The translations under genes and the position numbers were made by a program. Below are positions 1 to 11,500 of a stretch of 64,000 nt of DNA, in pieces. The stretch's first letter is position 1, and every line of letters begins with the position of its first letter. The stretch is from Mayamaea pseudoterrestris (Eukaryota): positions 496,001-560,000 of the forward strand of contig BROI01000008.1 of the NCBI GenBank assembly GCA_027923505.1, written 5' to 3'. The notes under the pieces were generated by a model, which was not told the DNA's origin, searched no databases, and saw nothing but the letters and a program-made list of their open reading frames with translations.

Positions 1-441
1 GTCCGCTCTCGTACAGGCTACATCATTCTTCTCGGTAGCTGCCCGCTTGTTTGGAAATCCCAGCTACAGACCGAGATTGCCCTTTCAACTCTGGAAGCCA
101 AGTACTGTGCACTCTCCCTTGGTCTTAAAGCCCTTCTCCCTCTCAAGCGCATCCTTATGGAAGTCCTTCAGACCCTCCGCCTTCCCAGTCCTACAGCAAC
201 TTGCGTGAGCGCTCGTGCCTACCAGGATAACCAAGGCGCCTTCTACCTTGCCGTCAATAAGCGCCTCACCAACCGCACCAAGCACATGTTGGTCAAGTTC
301 CATTGGTTTTGGCGCCACCATGAGCAAGGCGAATTCTCTATCTGCATGGTTAAGTCGGCCGATCAACTGGCAGACTACCTCACCAAGGGTCTCTCCAAGG
401 ATGTGTTCCTCAAGAACCGCAGAAGCGTCCAACACAATTAA
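1..441 (+). mobile_element. Ty1/copia LTR retrotransposon pol 3' end (RNase H domain), truncated by window start; probably defective
   Basis: Frame 1 is open from base 1: VRSRTGYIILLGSCPLVWKSQLQTEIALSTLEAKYCALS...YQDNQGA...RTKHMLVKFHWF...DQLADYLTKGL. These are the copia RNase H motifs (SRTGY, W.S..Q...ALST.EAEY, DN, RTKH, Q.AD..TK.L). EAEY is altered to EAKY. Confidence 0.93.
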
Positions 442-524
442 GCTCCTGCTGCTTCTTCTACATCTCTACACCTCTACATTCAAATAACTACATTTTACAT
501 TCCCATTCCTATTTGCCTGCATTC

Positions 525-922
525 AAGCGCAAGGGCGAGTTAAGGTATCTTCGGATCGGGTTCATATCTCTCCGGTACTCCGGGTCCGTTTCGACACCCA
601 TCATGTGTGGTCGGAATGTTCTTCATGTTGCTTGCTTCACCATGGCAACGCCTTGCTAGTAAAGGCATGCCCCAACCTCTCGCAAGCATGGTTACACTGT
701 CAAACGGTCTATTATTACATAGGGAATCAGTTGAGGCGATCCGTTTGGCATGCATAACTGTAGTTTTCGCCCAACGCCTCGGGCGATGGTTTTGCAACTT
801 GTTCGCTCAAATCTCGCTCACAATCTGATAGTCTGGTTGGTCCATAACACTATAAAGCAACAGTTGCATTACAAAGCATCTCCTTTCATCGTACTCAAGT
901 AGATTGCATCAAGCATTCTTCA
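525..922 (+). mobile_element. Putative polypurine tract (525-539) and 3' LTR of the copia element
   Basis: Purine-rich AAGCGCAAGGGCGAG lies ~85 bp after the pol stop. It is followed by ~380 bp of non-coding DNA with TATAAA at 851, ending in ...TTCA at 922, exactly where satellite homology begins. The left end lacks the canonical TG, and the 5' LTR is outside the window. Confidence 0.45.
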
Positions 923-1950
923 CTCAAAGCTTGTCACATTCTGTAGCTTCCAGTTGGTCTCCCAGCACTTACTCCAGCAGCCTACCATCAAAGCGCCAAG
1001 CCCAGAGTGTCACCTAGCGCAGGACCCAGTCTCCATCATAGTGCAGCACCAATATTTTCCTCTTCTGCAGCTTCCAACACCCGCCCCAGCAGCTTGTTAA
1101 CAAATGTGCCTTTCAGTGACCCAAGCGCCAAGCGCAGTGATCCCTGCACCGTACCAAGCAGCTTGCCATCAAGTGTGCCATCAAGTAATCTATGCGTTAA
1201 GCCCAGTGTCTTACCTAGCGCAGGACCCAGTATCCTTCCCAGTGCAGCTCCAAGCTTGTCACCATCTGTGGCTCCCAGTTGCTCTCCCAGCAGCCATCCC
1301 AGCAGCTTGCCATCAAGTGTGCCATCATGTGGTCCAAGCGGCAAGCCCAGTAACTCACCTAGCGCAGGACCCAGTCTCCTTCCCAGTGCAGCTGCAAGCT
1401 TGTCACCCTCTGTAGCTCCCAGTTGGTCTCCCAGCACCCAATCCAGCAGCTTGCCATCAAGTGTGCCAACATGTGATCCAAGCGGCAAGCCCAGTGACTC
1501 ACCTAGAGCAGGACCCAGTCTCCTTCCCAGTGCAGCATCAAGCTTGTCACCCTCTAGTAGCTCCCAGTTTGTCTATCAGCACTCAACCCGGCAGCTTGCC
1601 ATCAAGTGTGCCATCAAGTGATCCAAATGCCAAGCTAGGCTCTCCGTTTGTCTCTAGGCACTAAACCCAGCAGCTTGCCATCAAGTGTGCCAACATGTGA
1701 TCCAAGCGGCAAGCCTAGTGACTCACCTAGAGCAGGACCCAGTCTCCTTCCCAGTGCAGATGCAAGCTTGGTCACCCTCTGTAGCTCCTAGCTGGTCTCC
1801 CAGCACCCAACCCAGCAGCTTGCCATCAAGTGTGTTGTCATGTGATGCAAGCGGCAAGCCCAGTGACTCACCTAGCGCAGGACTCAGTCTCCTTCCCAGT
1901 GCAGCTTCGAGTTTGTCACCCTCTGTGGCTCTCAGTTTGTCTCCAAGCAC
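923..1950 (+). repeat. Tandem array A of a 144-bp monomer (12-bp sub-period) reading as PSxx repeats
   Basis: The anchor GCTTGCCATC recurs at 1161, 1305, 1449, 1594, 1673 (partial unit) and 1818, giving a 144-145 bp period. The consensus translates as PSSLPSSVPSCDPSGKPSDSPSAGPSLLPSAAPSLSPSVAPSWSPSTQ. Indels break the frame. Confidence 0.95.
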
Positions 1951-2110
1951 TTAAAAGTATGTTGTCTTTAGAAGCAAGCAGTAAGTATTTGTAATCAATA
2001 CACTCCTACATAGCAAATGAAGTACCAAGCTTGCCACACATACGGGTTTACTGCATGTGCATATGGAAAGTGCCACGCAGTCAGGTCAGACCCCGGTCCC
2101 TCGGTGCAAT
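923..2110 (+). mobile_element. Copy A (left part interrupted by copia) of a dispersed non-autonomous element: satellite plus conserved ~160-bp terminal segment
   Basis: 1951-2110 aligns with 23460-23618. The last 59 bp (2052-2110 vs 23560-23618) are identical, and homology stops abruptly after GGTGCAAT. Confidence 0.7.
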
Positions 2111-2202
2111 TCGTCTGGCTTGCGCGCCAAAAGATACCGGCGTTGTTTGAAGGCTCCTGCGGATGCGCCGATTCGATCAATTCACTCGAACTTAGAATCA
2201 TC

Positions 2203-3723
2203 ATGACCATGGCGCTCTCCGCATCAATCTTCCTTCTGCTACTTGCTTCTTGCTACTGCAGCGGAATTCGATCTTTTGGTGATACACACTTTGAAGTTAA
2301 ATATGATAGTCCATTCCAACGCGAATTACAAGTCTCCGAAGCGCCTGCCACTGCACCTCTGCTGCCATCATTTGATGGCAGATTGGATGTTATTCTAGGA
2401 CTTGCAGTGGACAAGGCTGCATTTACTATCCGAGCAGCTTCTCCGTCTCCTGTTCAAGCTCCCCTACCCTTTATGCCTTCAAAAACGCCTTCAATGGCGG
2501 CTGGGTCGACTAATCTCCAATCTTGTGATGGCATAGACTCAACTGCAGCGGAATATACGTCTATCGTCATCTCATTCACATACTCTCTCGAAACTGTTCG
2601 TCATGCCGACATTTACGAAATTGGGCGCATGTCAGAAGAAGTTTTGGAGAAGTTGCTGGCGCCGTTTGTCTTAGGTTGCCTTAATGGCGATGTCACTTCA
2701 GCTGGCATTGTCATGATTAACTCGCTTCCCGAGGACACCATCTCCTCCAGCATGACCTGCAAGCCAGAAGTAAATGCTACAAATATTTGCACGGTTTGGG
2801 ACGCCAAAATGAATCTTCTTATTACGGATAAGAACAAAACAAATAAAGCCACGAATCTTACGCTGGCTGCGCTACGAGTCTCCATTGACGAAAGACTTGT
2901 TGATGACGTCCATCGCCTAGTCCGCGCGACATTTATTACCAATCCAAACCATATTCCTGCGACATCAGCGGAGAAGTCGCCTGGTGGTGAGCAACTTGAC
3001 TCGAATTTCGGGCTGTCCTCGGTTCTTGTGGTGTCATTTGCATCGGCGGCCATGGTTATAGTTGCTGGAGCAGTCTATCTTTGGAAGCGCTCCACAATGG
3101 ATGTCTCTTTCATTGACGCGACGACTACGAACGGTTGGAACTCAACCATCATGAATGATTCCAATGTGGCAGATCGTACAAGGAGCTGGAAATCAACAGG
3201 CATGGATGACTCTAACATACTGCTGTGTCCGCCGGACGAATCGGAAAAATCGGTATCGCCACTCTCTCAAATGATTCCTGACGCGTATGGATTTAATACC
3301 GACATGTCGCTAGCCTCTGGCTCGCCGTCTGGAATGCCTGTTATTGCCGAGGAGCTTGAGCATTCATTCTTGGACGACAACTCATCGGCCATTATCATGA
3401 GCGAGGCTGACTTTTCGACCGACAACGACTCTTCTCTCTTGTCGTTTGACGTTGCGAAGTCCAATTATATCAAATATCCAGAAACGGAATCTCCGCTCAA
3501 TTTGTTGGGCGCTCGGGCCCGAAATTCTACGCTTGTAATGAGCAATTTTGGTGATGAGAGCGACTCGGATCTCAGCAGTGATTTGGAGGGCAATTATCGC
3601 AGTACAACCCCAATTCCTTTTAAGAGCGCTTTGGACGGAACTCCCCGAGACGGATTGTTGACTTTGGACAATACCGTCGAAACGAACAACTCGGACGATG
3701 ATGATAATGCCTTCTTCAAATAG
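2203..3723 (+). CDS. Hypothetical single-pass type I membrane protein with Cys-containing ectodomain and acidic Ser-rich tail
   Basis: Signal peptide MTMALSASIFLLLLASCYCSG, TM segment VLVVSFASAAMVIVAGAVYLW followed by KR, and a long open frame. The ORF-track start at 2017 lies inside the repeat terminus, so 2203 is preferred. Confidence 0.75.
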   Translation: MTMALSASIFLLLLASCYCSGIRSFGDTHFEVKYDSPFQRELQVSEAPATAPLLPSFDGRLDVILGLAVDKAAFTIRAASPSPVQAPLPFMPSKTPSMAAGSTNLQSCDGIDSTAAEYTSIVISFTYSLETVRHADIYEIGRMSEEVLEKLLAPFVLGCLNGDVTSAGIVMINSLPEDTISSSMTCKPEVNATNICTVWDAKMNLLITDKNKTNKATNLTLAALRVSIDERLVDDVHRLVRATFITNPNHIPATSAEKSPGGEQLDSNFGLSSVLVVSFASAAMVIVAGAVYLWKRSTMDVSFIDATTTNGWNSTIMNDSNVADRTRSWKSTGMDDSNILLCPPDESEKSVSPLSQMIPDAYGFNTDMSLASGSPSGMPVIAEELEHSFLDDNSSAIIMSEADFSTDNDSSLLSFDVAKSNYIKYPETESPLNLLGARARNSTLVMSNFGDESDSDLSSDLEGNYRSTTPIPFKSALDGTPRDGLLTLDNTVETNNSDDDDNAFFK

Positions 3724-3974
3724 GCGGTCAGCTACAAATATATTTTAGTGCCCTTACTCAATTTCTTGAACCTTATTTTTATTGATAATACGTCTTCTTT
3801 CATCATTATTTGCGTTGACGAGTACACAAGACGATAGTACGCATACCGGTACTGTACGCACATCAACCGATAGCTAAAACGTCGCACCGTTTCTCCAATC
3901 TCAAGGCGGTGAATGACAGCAAGCGAATCGACATTGCCGACACAAAATCCGCGCCTACGTAGCTGTCGCTAGAT

Positions 3975-6678
3975 ATGGATTCTACTACTCAACATGTCGC
4001 GGCGTGGAATGCTGAAACACTTCTACAAGTTTCATGCCGCGATGTTGGACCAGCAATTGAATTGGAAGATCGTTTCTACAATCATTTGCTTAGGTCGGAG
4101 TGCTGTCTCGACGCACTGAAGCAACTTCTTTCGGCAAGTAGTACTACATCGCGAGACTACTCCATTACAATCGATGCCTTTGATCTAATGAACGCTGATC
4201 CAATAATGGGTCATTTGCTGATCCGATATCCTGCCGATCTGCTTCCGGGTAGGTTGTAAAGGCATACCTCGTTTGAAATGGTTTTATTTGATGCGTCAAC
4301 ATTCCTGACTCATGTTCTTTTAAGTCCTCGAAAACGCTATTAAACGAGCTCAGAGTGAAGTTCTCCGTCTTAACGAAGACTTGAAAGATCTTATTTCTAC
4401 TTGGACTGTCAAAGGCAAGGTAGTAAATGGCCGAGACTCGACTCGCGTTCATGCTCGTTTAATGAACCTTCCACCCGCTTGCTTAGTTCCGTCACTGGCC
4501 GACATTGTTGCTCAAGACGTAGGCACGCTTTTGCAGATTATGGGCACTGTCGTCAAAACTGGGCCTGTTCAAATGCTGGAGACTGCTCGAACATTTAAGT
4601 GTACGGGAAAGAAGGGATGCAAAAGTCATTCCATCGCCACTGCAGACATGCAACTGCGAAATAGTACCATCCAAATCCCCCAGCGATGCCCCTGTATATT
4701 ATCGACGGGAGAACGGTGCGGTGGCACGAAATTAGAAGCTGTTGAAGGGGCATCGTTTTTTACGGACTATCAAGAAATTAAATTACAAGAGGCTGCTGGA
4801 AGACTGCGTGATGGTCACATTCCGAGATCGCTCCTTGTCAAGCTGGAGCATGATTTGGTCGACACCAAATGTCAACCAGGAGATGAAGTGGTCGTTGTTG
4901 GTAGCCTTATGGCACAGTGGAGTCAACAATCGACTATACCAGATGCTCAGTGCAATGTTACCACTGCCTTGGCTGCACACTCGATTCGCGTTACTTCCGA
5001 TAATGGGTCCTCTGCGTGGCAGTCTGGAAGAAACATCAGCTCACTCGGCGAGCTTGAAAAGTTTCGAAACGACTTTGAAAGTTACTGGGAGCTTCCAGAA
5101 AGTGTGTCCCACCCCATTCAGGCTCGCGACTTTATCTGTCGGTCTGTATGCCCACAGCTGTATGGTTTGCGTATCCTTAAACTCGCACTTCTTGTCACTT
5201 TAATTGGAGGCGTATCAACTGATGCGTACGAGCATTCTGCTGGCTTGAAAGGAGAGCAAAATGTCCAAGCATCTGATCATGATGAAGAGCCTGATTCAAT
5301 CCGCCTCAACGTCGATTCGTCCATAGACTGCCCGAATAACTCCGCTGCGTGGTACGGCGAAGGTAACAATACAACAAACCGGTCAAAGAATAATAAAAAT
5401 GAACAAGTGAGGACGCGCCGTCGTGACCAGTCTCATATACTTTTCGTTGGAGATGCGGGAGTGGGCAAAAGCCAGTTGCTGAGATTCACGAAAAATCTGT
5501 GTCCTAGGTCAGTCATGACGACTGGCGTTGGGACGACTTCGGCTGGTCTGACATGTGCGGCAGTCCGAGAAGGAAATGGAAAAGAGTTTTCACTTGAGGC
5601 GGGTGCATTGGTACTGGCCGACAAAGGGGTCTGCTGCATTGACGAGTTTGGTTGTATACAAGATCGCGATCGCACAACGATTCACGAAGCCATGGAGCAG
5701 CAGACTATATCAGTGGCGAAGGCTGGTATAGTATGTAAATTGAACTGCCGAGCGACAATAGTCGCCGTTATGAACCCTCGCGACTGCATTTATGATACTC
5801 GTGCAACCTTGGCTGCCAACACTGGTTTAGAGCCGCCACTTTTGTCTCGGTTTGACATGATCTTTATATTGACTGAATCGTCGTGTGACATGGAGCGCCA
5901 CAGTAAAGTATCGACCTACCTGCTCAACCAAGCAATTGAAGGCACTGGTTGGCAAAAGAAAAATCTTATAATTCAACGTTCAAAAGCAGATGCATCTTGG
6001 TCACTGGAGAAGTTGCGGGCTTACATTGCAATTGTCAAAGAGCGTTTCCAGCCGGAAATGAGTGATGAAGCTGCCATTCTTATTGAGCGACATTATGAAA
6101 GTTGTCGCTCCGTAATGAACAATACACTTTCCGTGACTGTCCGATTTCTAGAGTCGCTTATTCGTCTATCCCAAGCGCATGCGCGACTACTTTTTCGAAA
6201 TACTGTAACTTTAGAGGACGCCGCTGCCGTAATTGAACTAATGGAGAGCACCGCCTCAGCGCATGGCGGATTTGATGGAACTGGCAGTGACCCAAGCAAG
6301 GTTTTGTACCAAGATCCTATGACGGTGGATTTCACTGAAGAAGCCGACCTTGATTTTCTTTGTTTCGAATATAGGTTGCTCGAGCGCTACGATATGCTTA
6401 ATTACCTTGATGAGGACCGTCGTGCCAAAGCACTTGAGACACTTCGTTATACGGCGATTGGGAGCGATTACGATAGCAATAATTGGAACGCAAATGTCCA
6501 GCACCCGTTAGATCTCGCTCCCGCTCCACTTCGTCACAATACAAGTGACGGTTGGCCGGCGATGTCCGGCATATCAGTCATAGAGAACGATCACGGAGGC
6601 GAGACAACTACGCACGATCATTATGGCCGAATCCAGTATTCCCAGGCAAATCCAAGCAAACGATCTCGCCACTACTGA
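3975..6678 (+). CDS. MCM9: MCM9-like DNA helicase (MCM8/9 family); exons 3975-4248 and 4325-6678
   Basis: Zn-finger Cys, DYQEIKLQE, Walker A GDAGVGKSQ, LEAGALVLADKGVCCIDEF, IHEAMEQQT, LLSRFD and TVRFLESLIRLSQAHARL. IDEFGC instead of IDEFDKM points to MCM9. GT-AG intron 4249-4324 joins the exons in frame. Confidence 0.88.
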
Positions 6679-6689
6679 TCGTTTTTAAG

Positions 6690-8323
6690 TTACACGGCTA
6701 ATATTGCAAAGTCGAGAATAGATATACCAACCAAAAAGAGCATACCATTTCGATAAAGCTGACGTCGTTGGCGATTCCGCCCTTGACTCACCCAGAGATT
6801 TTCGCGGAAACCGTTAATTAGTTCGGTACCAATTCGATCAAATTGCAAAAAGTGCTCCACTTGTACTTCTTTAAACTCTGGAAACGATATCTTTGGTTGT
6901 CTGTGTACGTATTAGCATAACAATTATGAACGTGAGATTCTTCCCAAAAATAAGCGCGTCAACCTGGAACCGTCACGTACAATTCCACGTAACGTTTCCT
7001 TCCGCTCCAGCCAGCGTCGTCAACTAATACACTATCAACCTTATTTTCTTGGTGTTTTTTGTTCGCCCAAGCGTAAATGCATCGCATACGGTGCGGCATT
7101 TCGACTTCATCGATAAAGTGCGCGTGCACCGAACGCTGAAACAGTTTCGCAAGTCTCTTTCTTTCTTTTACTTCTCGTCGGCGCTGCCTCCAACTGGGAC
7201 GTTTCGGCGGTGTTATAACATTAGTATCTAAATTGGTTCCATCGATACTCCCCGAAAAAACTCTCACTGGAGAAGCATCCAAAGCTTCCATGAAAACGCG
7301 CGTCAATGCCATACGGACTGGTTCAAATGACAGAATGCAGACCAGATTCATTTCCGTCTCATCCAGCAAGCCGTCGTTGTCTCGGTCCATTAGATTCCAC
7401 ACTGCTTCTGCTCGAAGCGCACAGTCACTCCTTAAGTAAGCCGAAATAACGCGCTGCAATTTTTTGGCATCCAGTGTCGCCGCCTGTTTGTCGACCAGCG
7501 TTCCTGTAACGGCTCCACGATCCACGTCTTGATCCGAAAGCATTGTCAACGTCGTCCACGATACTTTAAAGTGATCCACAGCCGCTTGAGCTAATAAAAG
7601 ACGAAACCGAATAATTGCTTCGTAAGCATGTGCATGTTCAGGGAGTCCGGCTGAATCAAAAATCTGAACTGCTGGCTTGTGAGCATCCCCAACATCATCG
7701 TCAACAACTCGTGGTGGCACGTAAAAATCTCTGACATCCTTCAAACATCGCTCCGGCGGAAGTGTGGATAGTTGTAAATCCAGCAACTTTGAAATATCTG
7801 TCAAAGTCGCCTCCCACTGCACTTGAGTGAGTTGATCGGTTTGGAAGAGCTCGTCCATGCCTTGGGTAATTGCTGCTATAACATTGTCGCTGACGGCATC
7901 ACCGTAGACAGCGCTCTGCTCCACAGTCGATACGATAGCTAATAATCCATCTGCTAGGTACAAATCCAATCGCTCTTCGTTGGTGGCCAAGTCGTCGAGT
8001 GTCAAATTCTTGCTCTTGTCTTTATGTTCTGCCAATTCTCCCTGCAGTTCCTTTAGCTTTTCCCGTTTGGCCGAGCTAGGAGCCCAAACACCTCCGGAAG
8101 TCGTCACATCCGTTGCTGTTGGGATTTTTGAGGCATCGGCAGCAACTTTGATATTGAACGGTACTTGAGGGGCCATGGGTGAGTAGCCGAGAAGGTTTGA
8201 TGAGGCAGCGCTTGAAAATGGGCGAGGAGATGTTACGGGATGCAGTTGCAACACGGAACATCTTGTTTGCTTCCTTATTAGAGATGCCGCTACACATTTT
8301 ATTGTATTTGATGATCGTAGCAT
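6690..8323 (-). CDS. Mitochondria-targeted EF-hand protein with C-terminal transmembrane segment (2 exons)
   Basis: Arg/Ser-rich presequence MLRSSNTIKCVAASLIRKQTR and canonical EF loop DRDNDGLLDETE. An intron at ~6902-6980 leads to exon QPKISFPEF...GMLFLVGISILDFAILAV* (stop 6690-6692). Confidence 0.7.
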
Positions 8324-8504
8324 GATGATGAATGAATGAATGAGTGGACTTGACAGAACCGAGGGAGACTTGCAGAGTTGTTATAATTTGTGGTGTGAAT
8401 TTGTGACAGGCAGGCGAAATCAAGAACCGCTAGGACATAATTAGTCATAACCAGTGCGTCGCAGATAGACCGCCCACATTCATCACACTTTCGCACTTTT
8501 CACC

Positions 8505-11500
8505 ATGGAAACTCTCGACGATCTGGGCGCTGCCACCGTCGTCCCGGATACAACCATGACGCCCCTCTTACTCAAAACAGTTTGGGAGTCTTCGATGAAT
8601 ATAGCGAACCTGCCAGACGACCACATCGTTCTAGAAGAAATAGTGACTCCCCATCCGAGCGAGCCGTCTGCGTCGATTACCACTTTGATTGCTGAGATTA
8701 GAACTCCATCATCGGCTCGCACGGTCGTTTCCGTCTATAGTGGCCCAGACGGAGGATTTAATCGCCAGTTACATGCTTCGTTTACAGTGCAGGCGAATAC
8801 TACGGCGTATCCTCCGAGGAAGCGGCTCTGCTGGACATCCTTTGCGCACACGCATGCGTTGCTTTGCGTCCTTGTCAATGCAACTACGGTGGCCATTTAC
8901 GACGTTTACCCGAACAATAAATCAACTGAGCGTTCGGACAACAACTGGACTCTTACTTTACCATTTGAATGCGATGCCATCGAAGCCCTTCCACCACTAC
9001 AAGGAGCGAAAAGGTCGGGCGGCGGATTATTGCTGCAACGCAAAGCAGACGCCGGCGATTCACTGGAAGACGATTCACAATTTGTTCTCAAATCGCCTCC
9101 CAAAATATGGTCGTCGCAACACCGTCAATATGTTCAGCAGCTTGGAGAAGAGTCGCTTCAACAAGTTCCTAGTTTATTCTCCATGCATCATCCTCTGGAA
9201 GATGTCCTTCCAGTGGCATTGGATGCACCGTCATCCGGCGGATCTGTTTTTGAGTCTCAACACGTGACAGATCCTTATGAAAAGCTGCTTTGGATGGGGA
9301 CTTCGCACTGGAGTCGAGAAGGAACGCGTCATTCACAGGTGCTCGCCGTCACATACCATACACTTTGGAAGCGACATGCAGTGTGGGCTGTCAAGGACGC
9401 ACCACCGCCGCCAGCGAGTCAGCCGTTGCACCAGCAAACGGCCAAGCTCATGATGGCAAACTCCAACCAACATGCACTACATGATACGTATTTATTTCCT
9501 CATACTATCGATTTGGTCAAATATACGGAGATGCCATCGTCTTCATCTGCCTTGAATCATCCACCGACCCGGCAGGAAGCCTTGGCGGATGCACTAGGCG
9601 TCAAGCGGACGCCTCGCACGTCCATCGAACCAGCGTCCGGTGGTGCAAGTCACATGGGACGGTCACGACCACAAAGATCGGCGGCGCACAGTGACATTTT
9701 CTCGCCGCGATCGTCAGAGCAAGTGATGGATCAGTCGCACGCGTCTTGGGCGACTAACCAACCGCAGCAGCCATCAACAATTCATATTAGCAGCAATTTG
9801 CATGACCCTATAGGGCCTTCAGCGGTGATTCACTCGAGGGTGGCGTTTGAGTGCCTGTATATGGAAATGAGCAATACATCCCGAGAGGCGAAGCAGGTTT
9901 TTTTGGTAGCAAACGAATCGGCGACTGGCAATCTGATGCTTTGTTTGTTGCGGCCAAAGATGAATAACCGCAGCAGTTTGTTGCTTGTGCAGATGGAATT
10001 GAGTCCTACTACCAATCATTTGCTCAGAGTCATCCGCCATGAGAAAGATAAGCTGTTGCATTTGGAGTGTCTTGGCGCGCAGCCAATGTCTGTGGCACCA
10101 ACGCCTTGTGGGGTGGCAATTGAGCGAGGAGCAATGGCGACGGACTTGCTCGTGTTAACGACTGATCATCGATTGCAGCTATATCGTGCTTCCCAACATG
10201 TTGTTGAGTGTGCAGTACAAACGGTAGAGAGCGAAGAAGACTTGTCGCTGCCGGTGGATTTGGCAGATGGTAACATGAGTAATCGAGTGTCCCTGACATG
10301 CCGCCCATTGCGGACGAGCGATAGCTTACTACGGCGAATGAGGCTGCAACTGCAAGGTGGTAGTGTCCTGGCTGAAAAGTTTCTTGTCACTTTAGATTCG
10401 GCATTTGCGTACGAATCTAGGACGTCAAACTGTCCAGTAGTTGCACTCAAGATTCGAGCTGATGTCCGTCGACTGGAGCAGCGCTTAATGGACGTTACTA
10501 GTCAAAATATCCATGTTCTTTTGGCGGATTTTGGATGGATCTCCTGCGCGGCTGTCATATTTTCACTTGCATATGCGGATCTCTTTGGACAAAACATACT
10601 TTTGAAGTTGCGCTTGAAACAAGATAACAGGCCGCAGAGTGCTTGGGACCACCTTAAAACGGTAAAAGGCGGATCCGAGTTTACGGCGTCTTTGTCGATC
10701 GCTGTTCGTGAACTTGAAGCTATTGGAAGTTTGGCCAAGTCTTATCTCAATCGGCACGGATGGAACATTGGGTTGACTGCTATTTTCTTTGACTCCTTGC
10801 ACTTTTTATATGAAGAATGCAAACTTTGCTCAAGCTCGTTCTCGTTCCTCCCGAAAATATCTTCGATCATTCTCAATCTCTGCCGCCTTTTCGATCCTCA
10901 TGACACACAAATTCAGAAAATTTTTGCTTACTACGGCGACGAATGTGAGCTTGGATCTTACGATGTCATTTCAAGCAACGAAGGAGGAATGTTTTTGTCA
11001 AGTGACTGCGTCACTTCATTTAAAACTCCAACATCATTGTTTTCATGGGTTGAAAGGATGTTGATAGGAAAGCCGCACATTCACTCGGTTGCCGAATTCA
11101 GAGGTGACGATATAAATCCTTCGTGTTTCAAAACCAAATCGGTCTTTCGGATACTTTCATCTCTCGCTGATTTGCAGAGGCGAGAACATTGCGGTCCAAG
11201 CATTATTACAGCATTACTAGAAGAAGGGTTTTTGTCGCCAAAGCTTGTTCTTGAGCAGCTCCCGCCTGGATTCGCACTGCTTTGCTTGGAAATGTTGTAC
11301 CAGCACCGGAGCGATCCTAATATTGATCAATTTTCTGAGTGGTTGCCTAGCGCTTGGTTACTCGTTGGACGAGACGACATTGCAAAAAATATTGCCATGC
11401 AAGACAGTGACAATTGTTTGCCGAAGCTACTAGAATTTCAACACGAGCGAGAAAAAAACTGTCTTGCGGATAACGATGGAGACGGATTGGTGCCAATTGA

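Noticed and set aside
1007..1954. PS-rich and antisense GxxL ORFs as genuine genes (also 22513-23238)
   Set aside because: They are by-products of a stop-poor 144-bp repeat, broken by frameshifts, with no signal peptide and mostly non-ATG starts.
2017..2202. N-terminal extension of the membrane protein starting inside the repeat terminus
   Set aside because: The homologous position in copy B reads ATG AAG TAG TAA, and a good signal peptide starts at 2203.
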